Virus record (IMG/VR): IMGVR_UViG_3300045391_006216
Location: 36,097-100,096 of that record
Length of the DNA stretch: 64,000 nt
From: a virus
Direction: 5' to 3' (one strand)
Positions 1 through 9,713 of the stretch are shown piece after piece. A program made the translations under genes and the position numbers. Under the pieces are notes generated by a model that did no database searches, was not told where the DNA came from, and saw only the letters and a list, made by a program, of their open reading frames with translations. Within the stretch, counting starts at the first letter, position 1. The number at the start of each line of letters is the position of its first letter.

Positions 1-462
1 TCTTCTTCTTTAAATGCCCATCTTAGTGTTTATGCTAGAAATTCGCTGAGCATTATGGGTGATTCTGTTCCTGCATATTTAGGTTCTAATTCGGGAGGTA
101 ATTTTAGAATAGAAAGAAGTGGAACGACGGTTAGAGGACTTTTAGGTTCTGGGTCTGAAATGGTAGCTTCAGTTACAAACACTACAGTGCCAGGGCATTT
201 AATAACTACAAATATAGCGGCAAATCAAGGGTATTTGATTTATAACGGATCTCAAGTCGGATTAGATACATCATTTATTGCTAATAGCTTATCACAAGCA
301 CAAGTAGCTGTTTTCAATAGTTATAGTGGCACTGGTTTTGGTAGAGGTTCTAATCTAATTTGCGGATTTTATTCGATAGGGTATGGATTAACAGTTTCTG
401 AATGTAGTATTTTTTATAATGCAGTTCAAGTTTTACAAACTGCATTAGGGAGACAAGTCTAA
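1..462 (+). CDS. 3' part of a probable phage virion/tail-associated beta-rich protein (starts before the window)
   Basis: Frame is open from base 1; G/S/N/T-rich beta-strand composition, ending FYNAVQVLQTALGRQV. Confidence 0.4.
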   Translation, partial: SSSLNAHLSVYARNSLSIMGDSVPAYLGSNSGGNFRIERSGTTVRGLLGSGSEMVASVTNTTVPGHLITTNIAANQGYLIYNGSQVGLDTSFIANSLSQAQVAVFNSYSGTGFGRGSNLICGFYSIGYGLTVSECSIFYNAVQVLQTALGRQV

Positions 463-486
463 ATCAACAGATTTTACTAAAATAGT

Positions 487-1158
487 ATGAACAAATATAA
501 AGTCGATTTACCTTACCCAATTCCTCAAAGGATATTGTCTTTACCAGTACAAAACGGTTACCCTGTGCCTTGGTTTGTTGCTCAAGTTGACGGAAAATAT
601 GATTTCCGAATCACGGACGGATCGAAACTAAAAAAAGCTGTAAATTTAAAACGGTGCTGGATTTGCGGAGAAAGGTTAGGGAGTCATTTAGCATTTCCTA
701 TTGGGCCGATGTGTGCAATAAACAAGACAATTTCTGAGCCTCCCTCACATACCGAATGTGCTGAATGGTCAATTAAAACTTGTCCTTTTTTAGCGCAAAA
801 ACAAGAGATTCGCAGAGAGACCAATTTACCCGAAGGAATCAAAGAACCAGGTGGGATTGCAATTGCACGACAACCAGGTGTAACTTGCCTTTGGGTAACC
901 AACTTCTATAAAGTCGTTCAAGTCGCAAATGGAGTAATTTTTAAAATTGGAGATCCCCTAAAAATTAGTTGGTTTAGAGAAGGCAGGGAAGCGACAAGAA
1001 AAGAAGTCATGGAATCGATTGATAGTGGATATCCGATACTTCTTAATATGGCTATCAAAGAAGGGGATTTTGCAGTTAAAAATCTTGAGGCTATGCGACT
1101 TGAAGCTTTGAAGCTACTACCTGCTGACAGTGAGCAAATAGCAGTTTCGCAAAGCTAG
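487..1158 (+). CDS. conserved phage-type hypothetical protein with Cys/His motifs
   Basis: 223-aa ORF; PVPWFVA, CWICG, HxEC and CPFL motifs suggest Zn binding. Confidence 0.6.
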   Translation: MNKYKVDLPYPIPQRILSLPVQNGYPVPWFVAQVDGKYDFRITDGSKLKKAVNLKRCWICGERLGSHLAFPIGPMCAINKTISEPPSHTECAEWSIKTCPFLAQKQEIRRETNLPEGIKEPGGIAIARQPGVTCLWVTNFYKVVQVANGVIFKIGDPLKISWFREGREATRKEVMESIDSGYPILLNMAIKEGDFAVKNLEAMRLEALKLLPADSEQIAVSQS

Positions 1159-3580
1159 GTGGTACAGAATAGCCGATAATCGACCCTGCGGTGGCAACTT
1201 CGGATGGAAACTGATACCAACTAGGAAACCCTTGCAGGATTGCTGCTGCTTCGATAGTTAGAGACTTCACCATACCATTGGGCAGCCAGATATCGGCGAA
1301 CTTAGTACGGTTAGATCCTTTATCGTCAGTGAACTGCGATCGCACTATAGTATTACAAGGTAAATGTCCTGGTTTATATTTGGGTTTTTTACTACGAATT
1401 CCAGTACGCTGGATGAGTAGTGGTTGGGGTGAATTAGAAATTAAAAATTCATCAACCACTTTTTGCTGACTGGTCAGTAGTTTGGAGTCGGGCATAGTGT
1501 AGATGAGATGAGCAATTGCTTCATACCATCCAACTTGTTTATCTGATGGTGGGGGTAGTGGGATGTGAAAACCTTTTCCTGCCGTAAGTATCAGGCGTTT
1601 ACGCGATTGGGGTAGTCCATAGTCTGCAAAGTTGATAATTTCGTAGTTGATTAAATATCCAGCAGATTTTAGGGAATCGAGAATGCTATCAAAGCTTTGA
1701 CTTTCTACATAACCAGGAACATTCTCTAAGGTAAATATATTGGGAAGTAGTTCTTTGATTGATTTAGCTACTGCTTGTGCTGCCGATATATCTTCATTAG
1801 TTTCACCTCGTTGTCCTGCTTTTGCCGTGTGGGATTGGCTAAATCTCGAACAAACTGAAGAATCGTGCAAGTAATCTGGATATAAAGGAAAGTCGATAAA
1901 ACCAGACTCAGCAACTTGTTGAACCGTTTGCTGTATAACTTTGCAGTCCGGGAAATTTTGACGATGAACTTTTGTCATCGCACTGCTGAGTTTTGGTTTA
2001 GTCGGGTCGTGTTCCACTGCAATGGCTGGACGAATACCAGCTTCTACCATACCGGCTTCAATACCACCACCACCAGCAAACAGGATGACGGCACTAGGAG
2101 CGCTCTTTGGTAATGAGTTAGGAGTAATGGGTAATGAGTTAGAGGCTTTTTGTTGCTTGGCCCTAACAATGAAATTAACAATTTCTTCTCGACTAACTTT
2201 TTGAAACTGCATTGTGCGGATTTGAGCGATCGCAGTTATAGGTATAGACCCAATACTCCTGCCCTTCCAAGCACCGTTACGTTTCTCCTTCCAGTTAAAG
2301 CCCCAACGCCAATGGCTAGGGTTATTGGAGTCGCGCTCTCCAACAACACGAGGATAAGTGACCATAGATCCGTCATGAAGTTTTTTAGACTCCACATATT
2401 GATATAGACATCCAACCGATTCGCTTTGATAATCCTCAATAGGTTTATCTATTGATTGTGTTTCTAGTTCATGCGTCTCTCCATTTTTTTGTTTTAATTG
2501 ATTAATTACGCCATTTTTTTGAGCCTGCACGCTGTACCAAAACTCAAATTGTTTATTCAAAGACAGATTCAAGGCCGAATAGCATCCCTGTTGTTGTTCC
2601 TCAATATTTCTGTTCCCATCGCTCCAAACTGCTTTACAATACCTACTAGCAAGTTTCATCGCATAATTCGCATCCAAGCTAATCACGTTCATCTGAAAAT
2701 ACGCTAAAGCTTGTTTTTTAGGAGATCCGCCCAATAGATGAACAGGGCGTTCTCCAAACCACCTTGGATTAAGAGGCGTCGATCCATATGTAGAATCAAC
2801 GCTGTAACCAAGCCAGTATTTTTCGGGTATGTCAACATCGCATTTAGGTATTATTAAAACCCTTCCTGAATATTGTGCTAGTTCTTCCGCTTGTCTTAAA
2901 ATTTCTGGCAATAATTCAGGGCTAGTTACGTCTAACGCCGTTGCAATCAAAGGTTTATTATTTTTCACCATCTCAAGATGTTGATGGTGTTTATAATTTT
3001 TATAATCATTATCGACCATCATCATGTGGCAATAGTATTTATTTTTACCACTACTGTTGATGCCTAAATTCCATCCAACCTGAAAAGCAATCGCATCGTA
3101 TTTACTTTTTCCACCACCTCCGCAGTAAAACAATAAAGGCAGTTTGATGGAATATCGCCAGTGATTAATGAGGCTTTTCCTGCCTAGTTGTACAGTTTCT
3201 AATTCAAAACCGAGTTTTTGATAAAAATTATTAGCAGATAACTTCTCAGGACATTTGAGAAAAACACTAGTTTTACCTTCTTCAATAGCTCTACAAATTA
3301 CACGATAAATCAAAAGCCGTCCCCATCCTTGGTTTTGATATTGGGATAAAACAGCCAGTTTTCGGATAGTTACTTGCTCATCTTTTCTAATGTGGTAATA
3401 ACACGCTCCTATTCCTTCAATTACCTCTATTTGAGATTCTGATAGTTCAATCGATGATGTGAATCCCCCTAACTCATTCCTAAAGCTGTTAAAAATAATT
3501 TGAGCCTTTGATATTTCAGAACTGATATTTTCGCTTAATTTTAAGACTTCTTCGGTTTTCTCTAAGAATTTATTGGGCAT
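1091..3580 (-). CDS. fusion protein: GNAT acetyltransferase + DUF6610/TGT-like barrel + DNA (cytosine-5) methyltransferase
   Basis: GNAT motif QYQNQGWGRLL...ANNFYQKLGF; middle domain VHLLGGSP/SLDAN; C5-MTase motifs LFAGGGG (I), SVC in place of PC (IV), ENV (VI), QSRKR (VIII), LQGFP and IGYSVPP (X). Confidence 0.75.
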   Translation of the reverse strand: MPNKFLEKTEEVLKLSENISSEISKAQIIFNSFRNELGGFTSSIELSESQIEVIEGIGACYYHIRKDEQVTIRKLAVLSQYQNQGWGRLLIYRVICRAIEEGKTSVFLKCPEKLSANNFYQKLGFELETVQLGRKSLINHWRYSIKLPLLFYCGGGGKSKYDAIAFQVGWNLGINSSGKNKYYCHMMMVDNDYKNYKHHQHLEMVKNNKPLIATALDVTSPELLPEILRQAEELAQYSGRVLIIPKCDVDIPEKYWLGYSVDSTYGSTPLNPRWFGERPVHLLGGSPKKQALAYFQMNVISLDANYAMKLASRYCKAVWSDGNRNIEEQQQGCYSALNLSLNKQFEFWYSVQAQKNGVINQLKQKNGETHELETQSIDKPIEDYQSESVGCLYQYVESKKLHDGSMVTYPRVVGERDSNNPSHWRWGFNWKEKRNGAWKGRSIGSIPITAIAQIRTMQFQKVSREEIVNFIVRAKQQKASNSLPITPNSLPKSAPSAVILFAGGGGIEAGMVEAGIRPAIAVEHDPTKPKLSSAMTKVHRQNFPDCKVIQQTVQQVAESGFIDFPLYPDYLHDSSVCSRFSQSHTAKAGQRGETNEDISAAQAVAKSIKELLPNIFTLENVPGYVESQSFDSILDSLKSAGYLINYEIINFADYGLPQSRKRLILTAGKGFHIPLPPPSDKQVGWYEAIAHLIYTMPDSKLLTSQQKVVDEFLISNSPQPLLIQRTGIRSKKPKYKPGHLPCNTIVRSQFTDDKGSNRTKFADIWLPNGMVKSLTIEAAAILQGFPSWYQFPSEVATAGSIIGYSVPPSFAKLLFAHCQQVVASKLQVA

Positions 3581-3628
3581 AACAAATAGTTCTTTCTTTG
3601 GTAGCTATAAGTATTAGATTGGGCATTT

Positions 3629-4201
3629 TTATACATGTTTACTTTGACGCATCGATATTTTTCTAGCCAAGTCTTTGATTTGTGCTTTTGTTTCTTCTGG
3701 CATTGGTACAAATTCTTCTTGCCGCTCTGGTTTTCGTGGTGATGCAGATGCGGACGGTAAAAAATGAGAATCTTTATCAGAACACTGGCAATAAATTGTG
3801 GTGAAATTTTTTTCCATTTTTTCACGCAGTCTTTCCTCCGCCAAGCTGACCGCGTTTAACCCGCCAATTGCGTTTAGGGCTACTTTACCCCTGGCGGACA
3901 AATAAGCGATCGCTTCTTTCCTCCCAGATGCAGCTGATAGGACATCTTGCCATTCCCTGATTGCTTGTGCCTCTTTGCCACCATTGACAAAAGCAACAAG
4001 CTCTTTAGGAGTCGGCATAAAGCTGGGATGAGGCCTACATTGGATAATGGCTTGCTTGACGGATTGAGTCAATTCATCATCGGTCAAATTATCGCTAAGA
4101 TATTCCTGCCAAATAGCTAACGCGCTTTCGGGCTGGATTTGCTTGCTGAAATAAGTTTGCAGCACAGCGATCGCTTTTTCAAATTTTTCTTGGGTAATCA
4201 T
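3629..4201 (-). CDS. phage replication accessory protein (helicase loader/inhibitor-like, G39P/DUF6475-type)
   Basis: Directly downstream of the initiator; 'WQEYL..LTDDEL...FMPTPKEL' pattern typical of these proteins. Confidence 0.55.
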   Translation of the reverse strand: MITQEKFEKAIAVLQTYFSKQIQPESALAIWQEYLSDNLTDDELTQSVKQAIIQCRPHPSFMPTPKELVAFVNGGKEAQAIREWQDVLSAASGRKEAIAYLSARGKVALNAIGGLNAVSLAEERLREKMEKNFTTIYCQCSDKDSHFLPSASASPRKPERQEEFVPMPEETKAQIKDLARKISMRQSKHV

Positions 4202-5331
4202 AGTTCAAATTTTTTGCTACTGGCGCGCCTAATCCGTTCTAGTTCCGATTCTTCACTGATTTGCTGTAAAACCTGCTTGCCGCTTGTGCCATTCGATGAC
4301 ATCTCTGCCATGCGGACATAGTCCATAAGCTGATTGAAATCCTTGAGTGCATTGACACAGTTTGCATTTCTGATGCCCCTTTCCAAAGAATTGAGGCGAT
4401 CTTTGATTTTTTTTAAATTCGTGGTTCCATCCCCAAGCGAATACCACTCAGGATTTGCCGCGAAAACGGCTTTACAGACCTCTGGACTAAATTCCGTGGC
4501 ATTTATCCTCCAAGGAGCAATTGAAGGGTTGTAAGACAATTTTTGGGCTTGTTTTAAAATTTCGTACTCTTGTTCAGAGAGCGACCAATTTACCATCGCT
4601 GTCTCGTTTTCCACAGCAACCAAATTTTTACCTTGGGAGGTAGGAGGGTCTTCTTCTTTGTTTGTATTCTTTGTATTTTCTTTGTATATGAATGTAGATG
4701 ACCTTTGGGCAGTTACGTAACTGCCCAAAGGTAAGTTACAGGGTTCCCAAAGGTCATCTACTGTAGATGACCTTTGGGCAGTTACGGTAGATGACCTTTG
4801 GGCAGTTACAGTAGATTCCCTTTGGGCAGTTACGGTAGATTCCTTGCTAGTTGGACGTTTACTAGCTTTTGGCTCGTCTATTTTGATTAACTGCTCAATC
4901 AAATCATCGACTTTATCATGGTTGCGGAAGTACCAAGTCAGCCCTTTTTGTTTGTCATGATAGCTACAGTAATATTTCTCTTCCCCTTGCTCGTTGATGA
5001 AAGGGTTATCAGCTTGAAGGTAAGCAGTTTTGGAGCTATGCCTAACTCCCAATTGATCGAAGGCTGCTCTGAATTCCTTTTCACTAAAAGCTAATTCTTC
5101 AACCCAGCTATCACCTTCTCGATAATCTGGATGCCCTGGCGTAGGCGCGAGGAATTTATATATTCCATCAGGATAATCGGCAAAATGAAAATCCAATTGC
5201 TGAATTAAAATAGTTGCGGCAATGCTGCCGACGTGTTTTCGCAGAGATTTTCTATAAGGAATACCCTCCCTTATATCTGCTAAATATTTGTATTTCATGC
5301 CCATGACTTTGCCTCTTGTAAATTTGAGCAA
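4198..5331 (-). CDS. phage replication initiator (lambda O/DnaD-like architecture)
   Basis: N-terminal wHTH-like domain, central repeat linker (STVTAQRS)n followed by ENTKNTNKE; iterons inside the gene. Confidence 0.7.
   Translation of the reverse strand: MLKFTRGKVMGMKYKYLADIREGIPYRKSLRKHVGSIAATILIQQLDFHFADYPDGIYKFLAPTPGHPDYREGDSWVEELAFSEKEFRAAFDQLGVRHSSKTAYLQADNPFINEQGEEKYYCSYHDKQKGLTWYFRNHDKVDDLIEQLIKIDEPKASKRPTSKESTVTAQRESTVTAQRSSTVTAQRSSTVDDLWEPCNLPLGSYVTAQRSSTFIYKENTKNTNKEEDPPTSQGKNLVAVENETAMVNWSLSEQEYEILKQAQKLSYNPSIAPWRINATEFSPEVCKAVFAANPEWYSLGDGTTNLKKIKDRLNSLERGIRNANCVNALKDFNQLMDYVRMAEMSSNGTSGKQVLQQISEESELERIRRASSKKFEL
4694..4841. repeat. iteron array and palindromes, putative replication origin
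   Basis: 24-bp unit GTAGATGACCTTTGGGCAGTTAC(G/A) at 4694, 4763, 4787, 4811 (last copy has 2 changes); perfect 32-bp palindrome 4701-4732; 16-bp inverted arms 4746-4778. Confidence 0.8.
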
Positions 5332-5414
5332 AAGCCATAAACATTAGTCGATTGATTGATGCTATAATAAATCATACAAAGCTTATTTCCATGTCGATAA
5401 ATTATGGTTGCCAG

Positions 5415-5447
5415 TACCGCATTTGTTGGTTCAAATGCGGTATTTTT
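5415..5447. terminator. intrinsic terminator-like hairpin
   Basis: TACCGCATTTG / CAAATGCGGTA stem followed by a T-run. Confidence 0.5.
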
Positions 5448-5650
5448 ATGTCAAATGTGGTTCGTCCAGTAAGAGCGATCGCCAATATTCGCATATAAAT
5501 AACGGGATATGCGAATATTGCTAGTTCTTTCATAAAAAGTACATCGTGTTCCAATCTGAATTTGGTTGTCTGGAAGTGAAATCATTCCGCCCCTCAACAC
5601 ACGGACAAAGTCTTGAGAAGATAACCAAAAACAAAACAAGGAAGGTTCCA

Positions 5651-6160
5651 TTAGTTATCCTTTTGATCTCCTAAATAACTATCTAACGTCATTTGTTGGG
5701 CTTCTCGTACACCATTGATATAGTCTTCAAGTTCAGCAATTAAGTTGTTAACTTTATCTAAGAATTCACCCTTAGGGTACATTTCTTCAACACCAGAAAT
5801 TGCTACTGCTTCATCTGACACAACTCTAAGCGTAATCGACAACATTGTGCCCTGCTCTTGTTCTTTGAAGCGAATAGAAGTAATTCGCCCTGCTTGCCAT
5901 ATCTTCTTATCTAATCCGCAAGCAGTATAAAGGTTGGGCTTTAACTTTTCAAAAGCCTCTATAAACTGTTTTGTGGGACGTTCCTTGCAAAAAAGCTTGA
6001 CGTTTTTTCGTTCCGTGTCTTGGGATGGTAGTTCGTAATCAATTTGAATTTCCCAATCGCCCTTGATAACAATTTTGTTGATTGATACTTGGTATTTAGG
6101 TTTTCTTAGAGCATTGATTTGAAGTAGTTCCATGTCTTGATTTCCAGTTAATAAACTCAA
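5651..6160 (-). CDS. hypothetical protein
   Basis: 169-aa ORF tightly packed in the minus-strand operon. Confidence 0.55.
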   Translation of the reverse strand: MSLLTGNQDMELLQINALRKPKYQVSINKIVIKGDWEIQIDYELPSQDTERKNVKLFCKERPTKQFIEAFEKLKPNLYTACGLDKKIWQAGRITSIRFKEQEQGTMLSITLRVVSDEAVAISGVEEMYPKGEFLDKVNNLIAELEDYINGVREAQQMTLDSYLGDQKDN

Positions 6161-6166
6161 ACAGTG

Positions 6167-7867
6167 TTAAATTAAGCGCAACTCGTTTTTAAAATACCTC
6201 CTGGGGCGCTTTTCTTCATCGTGGTTCCAAATCACCATAACTTCATCAGATGAAATCTCCTCTACCACTAGCCCTTCTCTAAGGTAGAGTTCGCTGTAGA
6301 TATCGCTGGAGGCGACTGTTTTATCTAATTTGATGGGAGATGAAAGTTGGGTTTCGTGGTTGTGTTTGATTGTCCTGATGAAGTCTTTTTCAGAACTGTC
6401 CAATTTTGTCCAATACAGTTCTTTTACTTCTTGGTACTTCTCGGCTACTGACCAAAACTGTTCCCAAGTGCATTTTGTTGATATGATTGCGCGGATATCT
6501 TCAATCGCTTTTTCAATCATTATCCTTTGAGCGATCGCACTTTTGGTAGCCTCACATCCCAAGAGAATTGCCGCTGCTTCCAATGCCTGGGTATTATTGA
6601 TGGCTTGGGCTAAGTTCCCCAAAGCCAATCCCATCAATTGCAGGCACAGTACGGCATCTTTGGGAGGTTCAACGGCCAACTGTCTTAAATCAATGGTGTT
6701 TGTCAACGCTTCCTTCACCTCTTGATTCAAGACTTTAGCTGCTGCTTTCGGAATTGGGTTTGCCCATTCCATAGGTTTTTGGGCAACAAGCTTTTCTAGC
6801 TCTGCGTTCCGAGCCTGGAGACGCTGATTTTCTTCCTCCAAAAGCCTCAGTGCCTCTAATTGTTGTATTTTTTGTTGGAGTTTGCTGTTCTCCGTTTTCA
6901 TCTGCTGCACAAGGTTCCTGGAGGCTTGCAGCTGTTCTTGTAGTTGACGGGCGGCCAACTCCTCAATTTCTACTTTCCGCCCAATCAAGGCCTCTTCTAT
7001 GCATTTGGTGAGTTCTTCTTCTGTGTAGGTTTTGGCAGTAACAGGTTGTGGATACGGGACGCTACCACTATCTAAGTCTAAGTCCGCGATCGCAACCAAT
7101 TCACTCGGACAATCTGCAAAAGCAACGAACACATGCGTCATGTTTGCTTGACCAGTGATTGTGCCTTCTTGCCCATGCCGAATATGTAATTGTGATGAAA
7201 CCTTGACTTTTGCTACATAAGAATCAGGGTTTGATGGTTGTTCATGTCCAGTGGTGGACATGAAGGAGCTAGAATCCTGATTATTAGGTTCTACAAAGGA
7301 ATCAGGGTTTGATGGTTGTTCATGTCCACTACTGGACATGAAGGAGCTAGAATCCTGATTCTTCCGTTCAAGAATCTTTCCTTTGCGGGTATGCTTTCTC
7401 CTTTGAAAAAGAAGTATTTTTCCCTCCTTCTCTAATTCCTTCCTGGCTTCCCCAACAGTCGTTGGGCTACATTCGAGAATTCGGCTAATTTCCCTATCGC
7501 TCCACTCCACAAAAGAAGCATTTTGCAGTAAAAATTGCACAGATTCGCGCTTGTTGGGTATTTTGTGTGCTTCGATTACCTCTAGTGCAAGCGATCGCAC
7601 ATTAGTAGCCGTGACGGAGGAAAGCAGCATACCTAACCTGATGGAAGCCCTTGGCGTCCATCCGTTCGCTACTTCTTGTTGAAACTCTTGCCAATGGGCT
7701 TGCAGGAGTTCTGAAATTATGTCTGTGCTTACGCCGTAATATTCGGCGACTTTTTCAGTGGATACTGCACCTTTGGGATTATGCCAGATTGCGGAAAATA
7801 AGCATTCTGCCTTGGTGAGGATTGAATAAGATGCGGTTTCGTTGAAACTATCTGGTAATGTATTCAT
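6167..7867 (-). CDS. antirepressor-like N-terminal domain + HTH + coiled-coil protein
   Basis: VAEYYGV...RASIRLGMLL antirepressor-like motif; WSDREISRILECSPTTVGEAR HTH; long coiled coil. Confidence 0.55.
   Translation of the reverse strand: MNTLPDSFNETASYSILTKAECLFSAIWHNPKGAVSTEKVAEYYGVSTDIISELLQAHWQEFQQEVANGWTPRASIRLGMLLSSVTATNVRSLALEVIEAHKIPNKRESVQFLLQNASFVEWSDREISRILECSPTTVGEARKELEKEGKILLFQRRKHTRKGKILERKNQDSSSFMSSSGHEQPSNPDSFVEPNNQDSSSFMSTTGHEQPSNPDSYVAKVKVSSQLHIRHGQEGTITGQANMTHVFVAFADCPSELVAIADLDLDSGSVPYPQPVTAKTYTEEELTKCIEEALIGRKVEIEELAARQLQEQLQASRNLVQQMKTENSKLQQKIQQLEALRLLEEENQRLQARNAELEKLVAQKPMEWANPIPKAAAKVLNQEVKEALTNTIDLRQLAVEPPKDAVLCLQLMGLALGNLAQAINNTQALEAAAILLGCEATKSAIAQRIMIEKAIEDIRAIISTKCTWEQFWSVAEKYQEVKELYWTKLDSSEKDFIRTIKHNHETQLSSPIKLDKTVASSDIYSELYLREGLVVEEISSDEVMVIWNHDEEKRPRRYFKNELRLI
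7221..7360. repeat. two 62-bp self-complementary direct repeats inside the CDS
   Basis: Copies at 7221-7282 and 7299-7360; each has AATCAGG...TTCATGTCCA-N4-TGGACATGAA...CCTGATT. Confidence 0.85.
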
Positions 7868-8697
7868 ATGTGATTAAGGTAGGCAAGTAAAGGAAGATTA
7901 TTTGCGCTGCAACTTGGCGAAATCCATAGCGACTCAACAGCACTAACTTTCTTGCCGTTGACTTGGCTTATCCATTGGATTAGTTGCCAATCTTTATAAA
8001 GTTCTCGGTACAATTCGCAGTTGTATCCGGAGAGGACTACCATCGCTTTGGTCGAATGTAGAGATTCGGCCAATTTTTTATGATCGTCATCCGACATTTC
8101 GTAAAGATAATTGCTTGACTCAGTTCTCGTTGAATGGACGTATGGGGGGTCGCAGTAAATCAGACAATTTGGATTACGCCCATAACGCTCTATAACTGTT
8201 ATTGCTGGGTCATTTTCAATTTGCACCTGCTTGAAACGGTTTGCCAAACCCCATAAATGCTCCACTCTATTGAAGTTGGCAACTACATTATTGAAGCCTT
8301 CGTGCTTACGATATTGGAAGCGCCAACCAGATTTCTTGTAAGCGATCGCATCTGCGGAGTAAGATTGCCACGACCTCACATACAATCGCCTGGCTGCCTC
8401 TACTGGGTCATCTGCAATTTCAAAAGACTTCTTCCATTCGCCCCTACTGTAGGGAGTAAGTTCAATTGCGCGAATCAACTCATCTTGGCGATCGCGTAGA
8501 ACCTGAAAAAAGTTTGTTACATCGCTGCTGAGGTCGTTGTAAATTTCAAACTCCGCAGGAGTTTTTTGCAGCAAAACAGAAGCTCCTCCGCCAAACACCT
8601 CACAATATATTTCGTGCGGAGGAAAGTTGCTGATGATTTTAGCGGCGTCCCGATGCTTGCCGCCAAAGTAGCGCAATACGGGCACATTAGCACTCAT
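7864..8697 (-). CDS. Dam-like (D12 class) DNA adenine methyltransferase
   Basis: RYFGGK, EVFGGGASV, YND and catalytic DPPY motifs. Confidence 0.9.
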   Translation of the reverse strand: MSANVPVLRYFGGKHRDAAKIISNFPPHEIYCEVFGGGASVLLQKTPAEFEIYNDLSSDVTNFFQVLRDRQDELIRAIELTPYSRGEWKKSFEIADDPVEAARRLYVRSWQSYSADAIAYKKSGWRFQYRKHEGFNNVVANFNRVEHLWGLANRFKQVQIENDPAITVIERYGRNPNCLIYCDPPYVHSTRTESSNYLYEMSDDDHKKLAESLHSTKAMVVLSGYNCELYRELYKDWQLIQWISQVNGKKVSAVESLWISPSCSANNLPLLAYLNHI

Positions 8698-9377
8698 GAC
8701 TTTTCCCCAGTTGCAATTTTGGGGCGCAGCCGGCTATATTCATAATTAATGCTCCTAGTAGGTTTTGATTTGATAGGAGTAGCCTTTCCCCAAACTGCTT
8801 GCGACAGTGTTGGGGATTTTAATTTTAGGGCGTCATTGCGATTCTTGCTGATATTGCTCATCAAGCTGACGAGCAAAAGCCAATACCTGTTCTTTAAGCT
8901 TTTTGGGGATTCTAATTGATGTCGTTTCCCCAGATTTCCAAGTCGGTGTTCTGGGTAAAAGCCCCCTATATTGGGGATTATTGCATTTAGTTGGCATAAA
9001 TAATTAACAGATCCACTACCAAAATAGTATACACTTATGTTTCGTGAGTGTACAGCTATTTTTAAAAGAAAAAAAAATAAAGAATGTCTGAACATCTTTT
9101 TATAGCAATTAACCAGATAGTGGCGGGATGAAACAGGTGTGCGACTTGTAATCTGTAAGCAATTGTGTAAATGCACAATTTAAATACCCTTGCCAAATGT
9201 CCGTTTATTTTGGTACATATAAATTCCCAATAAAAGTCAGGGCTAGCCCAGCCCTAAAGTTGTTAGGGCCATGCTGCCTTTTTATCATCAGTACATACAT
9301 GATGATACATCAGCATGTTGCTAATAACACGGTTTATTTTTTATATGCAATATTTGTACAAAATCGGGTGTTAGGAC

Positions 9378-9713
9378 GTGGAGAAACAAAAATTAGCCGA
9401 TATAGTCAAAGAAATTCGCAGCGAAAGGGGAGACTCGCAAGAGGATCTTGGTATGCGTTTAGGCGTATCACAGACTACAATACGCAATTGGGAGCAAGCT
9501 AGAACTTGGCCTACTATAGATAATTTGATTGCGATCGCTGAGGTTTGGGGGCAAGGCGATATATTGCAACTTTTAGCAGTGGTCAAAGGCGAACAACAAC
9601 AACAGCATCCAAAACCAAAAGTTGCTGAAGACATGCTTAGCAATATCAGATCTCTCGATAAGACAGAGCAGGTAAGGCTACTACATTTGATTGTTGATAT
9701 TGTTGCTGGATAG
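9378..9713 (+). CDS. XRE-family HTH repressor (cI-like)
   Basis: SQEDLGMRLGVSQTTIRNWE HTH; divergent from the replication operon. Confidence 0.8.
   Translation: MEKQKLADIVKEIRSERGDSQEDLGMRLGVSQTTIRNWEQARTWPTIDNLIAIAEVWGQGDILQLLAVVKGEQQQQHPKPKVAEDMLSNIRSLDKTEQVRLLHLIVDIVAG

Noticed and set aside
4694-4841. 24-bp repeats as a CRISPR or mini-array
   Set aside because: Repeats are contiguous without spacers and lie in an initiator-like CDS; iterons explain them better
8860-9176. 5' part of the 160-aa ORF 8694-9176 and ORF 9197-9502
   Set aside because: Atypical composition in an AT-rich promoter region; likely spurious (a real gene may start near 8860)
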